NCBI RefSeq assembly: GCF_009914755.1
Contig: NC_060926.1
Length of the DNA: 64,000 nt
Strand: one strand, 5' to 3'
Source of the DNA: the human T2T-CHM13v2.0 reference genome, Homo sapiens
The notes below the pieces were generated by a model. That model saw only the letters and a program-made list of their open reading frames with translations. It made no database searches and was not told the origin of the DNA. This document shows, one piece after another, positions 54,200 through 64,000 of the stretch. The position numbers were made by a program, and so were the translations under genes. Position 1 is the first letter of the stretch; each line of letters opens with the position of its first letter.

Positions 54200-54440
54200 C
54201 TGGAGAAACAATAAAGTGTCATAGTTGAGCTTATTCCTAGATCTAGGTTAAAATACTACCTATGCCTTTCATTAGCTATGGATTTTCAAAGTTACTTAAA
54301 CTGTGTTTACACTTCGATACTTATAAAAATGGTTAATATTATTAACCTTTTAAGGTTTGGGTGAGAATTAAACATGCTAATAAATGAAAAACATAGAGAA
54401 CCATGCCTGGCAGATAATAAGTACTCAATATATGTTAGCA
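54200..54440 (+). mobile_element. MIR
   Basis: aagttacttaa...gtgagaattaaa...tgcctggcagataataagtactcaata. Confidence 0.7.
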
Positions 54441-54559
54441 TACAATATTATCTTTGTATAAATTTCTCAATTTGCATTCTTATTTGTACCATGGACTCAA
54501 TGGGCCCCTTTAAGGGTGAAATAAGTATGTGCCCAGTTTCTATTTTGAGTCTTCTTATT

Positions 54560-54835
54560 TAGATTTGTTTCCCAAACTTCAATCATTCACTTGCTATGTT
54601 TGTGAGTTTTTTCCATATTTCATACCATAAATTACTTATTTAATTATATTATTTAAACTTAAATAGCTTTATTTTAAAATAAAATATATTCATACCACTA
54701 GTAAATGGTTTTGGTGTGATACATTTTTCTATGAAACCTTAGGATTTTATAAATCATTACAATGAAAACACTCATCAGCTAAAATAATCTCTTATGCTCC
54801 TAATAATATGTACACCACACATTTCCAAACACTGC
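54560..54835. mobile_element. hAT-type MER
   Basis: TIR-like ends gtttcccaaactt and tttccaaacactg. Confidence 0.5.
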
Positions 54836-55459
54836 TTTAAATAAAAGCTTTCTATAGGTGATTGGAAAGGAATATTAAGAGGCAAGTGGGTCTGTATGCC
54901 CATAAGAATTTAGTAGTGGTCAGATGAAAGAGGGCATGGAGCTAGCCATAGAAGAAATGGTGCAACTGACATAGTTAAAGGCCAAGTGCCCACTCATCAA
55001 TATTGTGGAGACATTTACTTGCTACTTCTCTAACACTTAAGACTTGAGTTTCTTTACTTTCCAGGAGAATTACTTTTGTCCTAAGAATGGGAATCTAGTT
55101 GGGTTTTAAGGAAATAGAACAGGAAAACTCCTTCCATCTTGGAACTCTTCCACTCTTGAAAGTTAAATATAAGACGTATGTATGAAATTTTCAGTGGAGA
55201 GTATAAATCTTAGTATAATGAGTAGTAATTAAGAGTAGTACATTCTAAATGTATAGCAAGATAAAATAAATTTCTGTTTTTAAAGAGGTTTAGATACCAA
55301 ATGCATATATTCTTTCACTCCTGAGAAGAAGCTGAAGTATCAGTGGATAATTAATAAGTGTGAATTTTGGGTTTCTACGATCACTCCCATTAACTAAGTA
55401 TTCTGCCCTCAGTTTCCTCATGCATAGACCTTTCATTTAGACGTTAATTGAGCATCAAC

Positions 55460-56700
55460 TATGGGTAACATATTTAAGGTAATGCTAGCAGCTGTAAAAT
55501 CCTCTAAAATAGATGATGGTTCCAAAAAATAGAAGCTTATTTCTCACTTATGTAACAGTTAGATGGAAGTTTTCTTCAGGAACTCCCTCTGCAACTTTTC
55601 TCTTAAGTATAAAATTATTCCACAATAAAAATTTAGCAAAGAAAACAAAGTGAGCTTTACTGGCCTATGTATGGTTTCCCCACATGGTGATTCAGCGCCC
55701 AAACTCCTTCCATCTTGCAACTTCATCCCTCCGTAGGGCCTTGTTCATTGTTTTCCCAGCCAGGGTGTAAGGAAAGAGAGGACATGGAGGGGAAACACTC
55801 CCTGGTTAATAGCCTTAGCCAGGGAGTGGCTGGCATTGTTTCTGCTCACATCCCTTGATCTGAACTAGTCACATGGCCACTCCTAACTGCAAGGTAGGCT
55901 GAGAAATGTAGCATCTAGAAAAGAGGATACAATTTTGGTGAACGGCCATACCCTTCACCATATAGCCGTTTACACCATCCATCCACCTCCCCAATGGACA
56001 CAGCCTAAAGTTCCATCCAGTTACAGCATCAAGCTCAAATTTCAGAATCTCTGGTGATAAACAGCTCTCTCCATAAAGCTCAGGTTTTACGGGAGGGGTG
56101 GGGAGACAGCCCAGGTAAGTGATTTAGAGCTTGAGATATAAGCTCTGTCCCACTTTCCCTACCACGTCCAATGGACAACAATGGAGCAAGAACTTGGTAC
56201 CTGGGAAAAACAAACAAAAACCTTTCTCATTTGTCAAAGGAAAAATAGGTAAACAGCCAACAGTCACTGGACCAAAACAATAATTGAATCCTGCTGGCCA
56301 GTCTCTGTGAGACAACTTCCCTCAAAGTCAAGACAGTCCCCGGCTCTCCTTTCTGAAATTCCCCATGGCCACTGTTCTCCAGGGTTTCTGGCCCTGCTTT
56401 CTGGAGTCTGTTCCTTCTCAATTATCTTCCATAGGACACCTGTGAAGCGAACATTGGGGAAAATTATCTCCTTGGATTTTTACTTTCTTCATAACCCAGT
56501 TTTCCTAGAGCAAATGTGGGGTTCCAGGTTGTATAGAGTCGTGGAATTTTTTAGGCCAGGATTCTGATTTTTTTTTTTTTTGGTAGAACAATTCTCTCAA
56601 AATCTTCACAGACATTGATCTAATTCCTTCAGTCAGTTGTATGTGCCAGTAACCAGAACCAAAAACAATAAAGTCCTTTCCTAGACATAGTACTCAGGTC
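55460..56700 (-). mobile_element. MLT1 LTR plus probable MaLR internal sequence
   Basis: agaagcttatttctc..., ctagtcacatggccactcctaactgcaagg...gagaaatgtag, followed by MaLR-int-like sequence. Confidence 0.6.
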
Positions 56701-57293
56701 TGCTTTATTTCTTTAATTTCTTACACTTATCTCTCTTTCTCTCTCTTTCTCTCTCTCTCTCATCCTCCTCATGCCCCTTCTTCCCTCCTTCTTTCTCTCC
56801 AAGTAAATATGAAACAATATTAATGGGAGTTTCTGTTTAAATTACAAAACAGTGTAAGATTTTATTATAAATTCTCTTTCTCTTTATGTTTTATTGTAGA
56901 ATCTGTCTATTATGCTTCTTCAGGAAAAAGAACATTAAGATTTATTTTAATTTGTTCTAAAAGTACATAAGAAAGTGTGATTTTTGAGTATTTAAGCACA
57001 TCTGGTTACTAATAGAAGACAAGAGACTTAATAGAATGTTGATCCTGTAAAAGCTGAGCTCACATCATCAACAAAAAAAAATTTCAATATGAAATATTTT
57101 GTCCTAGTAACAAATCACCTTGAAACATAGAGGTGTGAAACAATGTTTTTGTCATGCTTAGAGTATGTCCAAAAATTTAGATGAAGCACAACAGGAATAG
57201 CTTGTTTCTACCCCACGATATATTTGAGTTCTCTTCTGGGACGTTTGAAGTTTAGGGGAAACTCAATGGCCAAAAGGCAATCATCGGGAGTTC

Positions 57294-57530
57294 TTTTTTT
57301 TTAATTTTTATTTTTTTTTAGAGTGGGGTCTCACTCTGTTGCCCAGGCTGGAGTGCAGTTGTGTGATCATAGCTTACTGCAGCCTCAAAATCCTGGCTCA
57401 AGTGATTCTCCCACTTGAGCCTCTGGGGTAGCTGGGGACTGACTGACTATAGGTGTGTGCCACCATGCCTAGCTAATTAAAAAAAAATTTTTTTTGTAGA
57501 GTTGGAGTCTCACTATGTTGCCCAGGCTAG
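57294..57530 (-). mobile_element. 5'-truncated AluJ
   Basis: Antisense right arm plus part of the left arm. Confidence 0.9.
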
Positions 57531-57534
57531 GGCT

Positions 57535-57786
57535 CTTTTTAAATTTAATGTTCCATTTTTAATTATTAGGGGTACATAATGGGCATATATATGTACGGGG
57601 TAGTGTGATGTTTTAACACACGTCTACAATGTATAATAATCAAATCAGGGTAATTGGGGTATTCACTAACCCGAGCATTTATCATTTCTTATTTCACGTG
57701 TTCTCACTCATTTGGGGGCGCTGTAAAACAATTGATCTCATAGAGATAGGGAATAGAATGATGATTACCAGAGCCTGGGAAGGATA
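57535..57786 (-). mobile_element. Short L1MA 3' end with inverted 5' segment
   Basis: 57535-57692 is antisense L1MA 3' terminus. 57693-57786 is sense-orientation L1MA 3'UTR (tgttctcactcat...gattaccagagcctgggaagg). Confidence 0.8.
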
Positions 57787-58325
57787 GAGGACTTCTTTAT
57801 ACTCACAAGCTTGGTGGTTGATGCTGGCTGTCTGCTGGAACCTCAGCCTTTCTATCAATCGGAAACCTATAAGGCTTTCCTTGTGCTTACTCTGTGGGTG
57901 TGATTTGGGTTTCCTCCAACATATTTTCCAAGAGTGAAGGTTCTCAGAGGACACAGGAGAATGTATGACATTTTTGTGTTCCAATCTTTGAAGTCATAGA
58001 GTGGAACTTCTGCTGTACTTTTTTATTGAAGCAGGCATAAGGTCTGCCCAGGTTCACATGAGAGAACACAGACTTCAACATTTGAAGAAAGGGGTGTCAA
58101 GGTTACATGGTAAGAAGAGAATTGGGTTTGAGATATGCTTGCAGCCAGCCATCTTTGAGTACGTATTTTATTTAAATTAGTCAATGTCCAAAACATTTAC
58201 TTCTCATTTTATATCTACTTAATTCACATGCTTGAATAACACTGAATTGGTTATTTTATGTGTATTCTTACTAAACTCTATCAAGAAAAATTATGTAATA
58301 ATATCCAATGTCAATATATTTGCAG

Positions 58326-58394
58326 ATATCCAGACACAGAAGGAATCATTCACAGCATATCTTGAAAGATGTCATTCCTCCATTGGAACAACTG
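58326..58394 (+). CDS. ARHGAP15: ARHGAP15 next coding exon, codons 56-78 (ISRHRRNHSQHILKDVIPPLEQL), just before the PH domain
   Basis: Acceptor tttgcag|ATA and donor CTG|gtgagt. The 69 nt continue the remembered ARHGAP15 sequence in frame after ...KVTEP. The reading frame differs from the ORF-track call 58232-58465. Confidence 0.95.
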
Positions 58395-58414
58395 GTGAGT
58401 GTTTAAGTCATTAT

Positions 58415-58945
58415 ATTCTTCATCTACTGATACAAAATAAATTGCCACAAAACTCAGCAACTTAGAACAGCTTAAGTTATTATCTCATTTTTCTGTGGGT
58501 CAGGAATCAGGGCACCACTTAGTAGAGGGATCTAGCTTGGAGTCTCTCAAAACGTTGCAACAAAAGCATCAGCCAGAATTGGGATCTCATTTGAAGGCTT
58601 GACTGGGGAAGGTCTGCTTTCAAGCTCACTTATGTGGTTGTTGGCTGGGTTCAGTTCTTCCAGGAATGTTGGCCAAAGGCTGCCCTTATTTCCTTGCCAC
58701 AAAGATTTCTCCAAAATAACAGCTTGCTTTTTCAAAGCATCCAAGATGAGAAGGCAAGAGGGAGAGTTTGCTAGCAAGATGGAAGTCAAAAATCTCTTGT
58801 AACCTAATTGTAAAAGCAATACGCCATCAGCTTTGCCACATTCTTTTGGTTAAAATTAAGTCATTAAGTCTAGTTCACACAAGGGGAGAGGATTACATAA
58901 GGATGTGAATAATAGGAACCAGAGACTACAGAGGGCTTATTGTAA
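58415..58945 (-). mobile_element. MLT1 (D/E/F-like) LTR
   Basis: aaattgccacaaaactcagcaactta, tctgtgggtcaggaatc, gaaggcttgactgggg, ggggagaggattaca. Confidence 0.85.
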
Positions 58946-59699
58946 ATGTTGATAGTTTTTTTGTTATTGTTGTTGTTGTCTTCAAAAAAAAATTAATCGA
59001 CTCAACATCCGTAAGAATGGCACTTTTTTCCATGTTTTTGTGTATTGTTATATCCTAGTGACAAAAAGAGTACCTGAAATATTGTAAATAACATGAATGA
59101 ATAAAGTATTATATATATCTTAAAAACACGTAAGACCAACCTTTCTGATATGTTCTGATACTTCTTTCTTTTAATGACCTCTTTTTTGATAAATACAATG
59201 TGCTTTTCCTCTATGCTCATTCAACTTGTCTTTCCTGCTATATTTCATATTGGTCAATATGCTTCCAGTCTTATTGGCTTACAGGATATTGCACTATGAT
59301 TACTGCATTCCTGTCTATCTCTAGCTATTTCATCCCTGTTATCTTTGGGATGTCCCATCCTTAGCACCAACAATAATTTCTTTTTTTGCTTCAGTGTTCC
59401 TGTTTTCTATTGCTTTTCATGTTCCAGATCCCACATCCCCACTCCAGCTATTTCTCCTTACTCTGCTTTACTTTAGGATAAGAATTTCTCCAAATAATTG
59501 TCTACCTTTGCTGTTTCCAATTTCTGCCCTCCCTTTGTCTCTTGAACTAACTCTGTTTAGGCTTTTATCTCAATCATTCACCTCTTATCCAGGTCACTGA
59601 TTGCCTCCATGTTGTTAAATCCATCAGTAACTTCTCAGTTGTCTCTTCAGTAGGTCTATCTGAGCATTTAACCCAATTGATAGCTCTCTTCTTGAATCA

Positions 59700-59832
59700 A
59701 TTGCCTAGTGGGTACAATGCTCACTGTTTGGGTAGTGGGTACACTAGAAGCCCAACAACCACCAGTATGCAGTATATCCATGTAACAAATAAGCACATAT
59801 ATCCCCTGAATCTAAATTTTTTATTAAAAAGA
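59700..59832 (+). mobile_element. L1PB-like 3' terminal fragment
   Basis: gggtacaatgctcact...catgtaacaaa...cccctgaatctaaa. Confidence 0.8.
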
Positions 59833-60469
59833 AACATTTTCCTCACATGACTACCAGTAACCACTTTCTCATGGCTCTCCAATTAGCTGGAGAGCCACCT
59901 CTTTTCAACCCCCTTTACTGGTCCCTCTTCATTTTGGAGCTCAGTTTTTATTTTTTATTTTTTCTGTCTGTAGGAATTTCCTAGGGCATCTCATTCAGTG
60001 TTGTAGCTTTAGACCATGTAACACTAGCCAGTTCTAAATTTCTATTTCCAGCATGGACCACAGCTTTGAACTTCAGTACTATAAATTCTGGCATTTTTAC
60101 ACACAGTTCTAATATACATCCTAAACTTAGCATATCTGAAACTGATCCCGATTTTTGCCCAAACCCGTTCTCCATTTCACAAGTCTTCTCCATTTCACAA
60201 GATGGAGAAGCACCTCCAGGTGCTTCAGTCAAAACACTAAAAGTCATCTTCCCTTGTTTCAGTCGTAACATAAATGAACACCAAAGAACCCAGTTTGCTC
60301 TGTCTTCAAAATATACCCAGAATCAGTTCATTTCTCACCACCATTACTATCATCTGTCACCCAGTTTATTGAAATAGTCTCCCTGTTTACCCACTTTCGC
60401 TTTCTACTGTTTATTTTCAACACAACAGTGGGAGTGATCCTGTTAAAATGTAAATTAGATTTTGTTTCT

Positions 60470-60814
60470 TATCTTAGTCAGTCTGTTACTACAACAGATA
60501 CCACAAACAAGGCGGCTTTTAAACAACAGAAATTTATTTCTCATAGGTCTAGAGGCTGGAAGTCCAAGATCAGCATTCCATTCTGGTCAGGATCTGGTGA
60601 GGGCCCTCTTCTGGGTTGCAAACAGCTGACTTCTCCTTGTATCCTCACACGGCAAAAAGAGGGCAAGAGAACTGGGGTCCCTTTTAAAAAGGCATTAATC
60701 CTATTCATGAGAGCTCCACCTTTATGACCTAATTACCTCCTAGTAACATTACATTGGAGTTTAGGATTTCAACATATGAGTTTTAAGGGGAAACAAACAT
60801 TCGGTCCATCTCAC
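60470..60814 (-). mobile_element. MLT1A-like LTR
   Basis: ttaaacaacagaaatttatttctca...gaggctggaagtccaagatca...ggatttcaacatatga. Confidence 0.88.
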
Positions 60815-61171
60815 ATCACTCCTTGACTCAAAATCCTCCCTGGCTTTTAGTCTACCCCAGGTAAATGCTAAGAAACATCCAATGGTTCACTAGGCCCTAG
60901 AAGACTCATCGACTTCCCCAGTCTCACCTCTCCCTTTCTTCTCCTGTCTCCTTCTGCTCCAATGAAGCTGATACCTCTTCCTCTGCCCGGCCATCCCACC
61001 TGCTTTTGCCTCTATCTCTTACAAAATAATATATTTGGTGCCCAGAAATTTGGATATCTCATATGTTCCTCTGCTTTACATCTCTGCTCTAATATCACCT
61101 TTTTAAATAGGTCTTCCCTAATCTCTCTTAAAAAAAAAATGAAACAAAAACAAACAAACAAAACCCATAGT

Positions 61172-61463
61172 GGCCAGGTGTGGTGGCTCATGCCTGTAAT
61201 CTCAGCACTTTGGGAGGCTGAGGAGGGGGCTCACTTTAGGTTGGGAGTTCAAGACCAGCCTGGCCAACATGGTAAAACCCCATCTTTACTAAAAATTAGT
61301 AAATTTTTAAAATTTTAAAATTACAAAATTAGCCACGTGTGGTGGCACTCATCTGTAGTCCCAGCTACTTGTTAGGCTGAGGCAGGAGAATCACTTGAAC
61401 ATTTGGGGTGGAGGTTGCAGTGAGCCAAGATTGTGCAGAGAGAGATAAAAAAAAAAAAAAAAA
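61172..61463 (+). mobile_element. AluS with expanded middle A-rich linker and a 3' deletion
   Basis: ggccaggtgtggtggctcatgcc start and poly-A end. Confidence 0.9.
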
Positions 61464-62699
61464 GAAACAGAAAGGAACCTACAAATGAACAAACAAGAAA
61501 CCACACCATTTCCATGTACACTTCTGTTACCTTAATTTACTCTATAGACCTTACCACCAGATGGCATACTACAGCATTTATTTTTGTTAAGTTTGTCACT
61601 CCATTAGAATTTTAGTTCTATGAGGGCAAGGACACTGTCTCCTGTGTTCATTACTTCATTCCCATGACTACAATAATTGCTGGAACATGTTAGGGACTCA
61701 GTAAATATTTGTTGAATGAAGGCATAATGAAAATTTAATGGCTTTTGTTTTCACTTCCAAGCTTGTGATACACAGGTCTATGCTTGTAACCTTTCTCTCC
61801 TGTGAATTAGTCATTTGTTCTAGGATGTCATCTCTATCATCACAGAAATGAAATCCCTCAAGTTGAACCCTTCATCAGTGCCTTCTCAAACTGATTCCCT
61901 CTTTCCATTGAGCCCATCTCTATTAGTAGCAAACATATATCTAGGATGAGAACACATTTTCTTTATATTCTTTATTTTCTCCCTGGCCCTTTGGATAAGT
62001 CATCATTTTCTGATGAAACGTCTCAATGGTTGTGGTGCCCATATGCTTCTCCTTGTGCACCCCCAAACCCTCACCCAAGCCTTGAAATGCTTCTGACCTT
62101 ATCATACCCTATCATCCCCCCCACTGATCCTAGGCAGCAATTCCAGAACAGCCTTCTTTCAATAGTACTTTCATTATTTCATTTTCAAATTTTCTACAGC
62201 ATCATGGTCCCCAATTTACGTTATTTATTATCCTCTCTCAAACACATACCCTCAAGCCAGGAGTAGTAACATGATTAAGACATGGCTCTTACCCTGAAGG
62301 AGCTTGGATTTCCTGTAGCAATTACAGTCCTTTCATCCCAGCACATGTTCATGTGTTGTTTTGTGTTGCTCACTCTTATTTCATAGGTAATAGACTTGTT
62401 CCATGGCTGGATTGTAAATGTCTTGAAGTTAGAGGCCATGACTTGTATTTTCTTTATTATATCGTACTTCTACTTAGATTGCTTTTGGCACTAGTACTTG
62501 TTCAGGAAAGACATGCTTGTGAATTGATGTAATAAGAAATTAAAAGTTTATTAAAACAATGTTGCTAGTTGCAGACATTAATAAATATATGCCTAACATT
62601 TGTAGTGAAAGCCAATTTTTCAATATAATTAGATATACTAATATATTGTTTTCAAAATTAATTACGTGGATCTCAACTTAGCATTTTCTCTAGGAAGGA

Positions 62700-62925
62700 T
62701 TTCTCTAATTCCTTAAATTTGAATTAGATAGCCCTTCTTTGATCTGTCTCTCAATAGCAGCTGGGTCTTGACTCTATTCCAGCCCCATCACACTAAAATT
62801 GCCTATTTCCTTTATTGCTCTTACTGAGCTATAAGCTATTTGAAGGGAGGACTATGTCTTATTTATTGTTTTACTATTAAAACTTCGTATAAAGGCTGGC
62901 ACACTGTAGTTCTCCAATAAATAGG
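62700..62925 (+). mobile_element. L2 3' fragment
   Basis: ctataagctatttgaagggaggactatgtc...ctggcacactgtag...caataaata. Confidence 0.65.
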
Positions 62926-63668
62926 AAAATAAATGCTTTATTTGTTTGGTTTTATTTTAAATAAATTTGGATTACACAGAAAATAAAGTACAAAAATAAT
63001 TATGAAGAGCTGGATTATTTTGTAAAAATAACACATAAAAAGTTTGCTCTGAAGTAGTCGATGAAACATGGCAAAAGTTAGGCTGAAAATGGAGCTCAGT
63101 AAATGTCTGTGTTTGTGTGTGTGTCTGTATGTTTATACATAAAATATATATGCACATATATTTTAACAGTGCCTAAAGGTGCCCCAAAGTTTTTTACATA
63201 AAAAATTATAATATATATAAAATCCAAATTATAGTTATTTAAAAAATTAATTTTTATATAATTTTTAATTGTGTATTTTCTATGCCACTATATCAAGCAT
63301 AAGCTAATATCAGAAGAACCATTAGAATATTCAGAAATAGTTTTCAAAATTTACCTGCCTACTCTTAAGGCTATTTGTTGATTTACTTGCATATAGTAGG
63401 GTTTCTCTGCAGCCTCAGTTCTAAATAAATGAAACTCACTTTGAATATCACTAATTATAGATAATATAGTAATAGATAATAGATCTATTTGCCCAATACT
63501 CTATTTTAGCCCCAATGACCTTGGAAAAGTAACATCGAGAAGTCCTGCTAAACAGAAGCAAAAACAATAATTTTTAAGTTTTTTACCTTGCAATTTATCT
63601 CTTTTTTGCTGCATACCCGAATATTTTTCTGTTTTCTCTTTTTCCTTCCTTCTCTCCCTCTCCCATTG

Positions 63669-63684
63669 ACACACACACACACAT

Positions 63685-63714
<30 letters not shown>
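63669..63714. repeat. Interrupted (CA)n microsatellite
   Basis: Seen directly. Confidence 0.92.
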
Positions 63715-63717
<3 letters not shown>

Positions 63718-64000
63718 GCCATGAGTTCTAAAAACTTTTGGAACTACCAATCAGCTTACTTCCTAGTCTTGACTTGGGTTTTCCTGGATCATCTCTCTGA
63801 ACGCTTATCTTGCTGTGTCTTGTGAACATGGATAACATTCAACTTTTATCCATCAATCTCTACTTGAATTGAATTTCTTACTTACTGTTATTTTAAAGGC
63901 AGAAACATTATCTTCATCCCAAATTCTTATTTATGAATTATCTATATTGATGAACAATGCCCCAATAATCACCCATTCCCCCAGACAGAAAATCTGATTG

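Larger units (their letters stand above)
57100..58160 (-). mobile_element. MLT1 LTR interrupted by Alu and L1MA
   Basis: gtaacaaatcacc... start; resumes after 57790 (gatgctggctgtctgctggaacctcagc). Confidence 0.75.
59300..61722 (+). mobile_element. Long L2, interrupted by L1, MLT1A and Alu
   Basis: L2 ORF-region motifs and a clear tail, tgagggcaagg...ctcagtaaatatttgttgaatgaa. Confidence 0.8.

Noticed and set aside
58232-58465. 77-aa ORF over the second exon
   Set aside because: Wrong frame and a TTG start. The true exon is 58326-58394 in another frame.
60168-60201. Small tandem duplications (here, and at 8243-8271 and ~41180-41203)
   Set aside because: Ordinary slippage events in or near old repeats.

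Overview
Primate (human-like) genomic DNA lying entirely inside the ARHGAP15 gene (Rac-specific RhoGAP, human 2q22), transcribed on the + strand. Only two coding exons are present. The first coding exon (11680-11858, ATG at 11694) encodes MQKSTNSDTSVETLN...GKVTEP, and the next, 69-nt exon (58326-58394) encodes ISRHRRNHSQHILKDVIPPLEQL. They are separated by a 46,467-nt phase-0 intron. The rest is intronic: 11 Alu/FLAM copies, L1, L2, MIR, MaLR (MLT1) LTRs, hAT MERs, a near-complete Tigger1 with three nested Alus, and several microsatellites. I found no evidence for a new protein-coding or RNA-gene system, and nearly all other ORFs in the track are spurious. The best leads are: (i) a repeat-poor block at ~10.5-18.8 kb with a dense TGACAG (MEIS/TGIF/PKNOX-type) cluster and CpG-retaining patches, which may be enhancers; (ii) locally templated insertions that look like DNA-repair scars; (iii) a weak-acceptor, in-frame exon sandwiched between LTRs and inverted Alus; (iv) short tandem duplications that may be polymorphic. 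Repeat subfamily names and boundaries were called by eye and are approximate.
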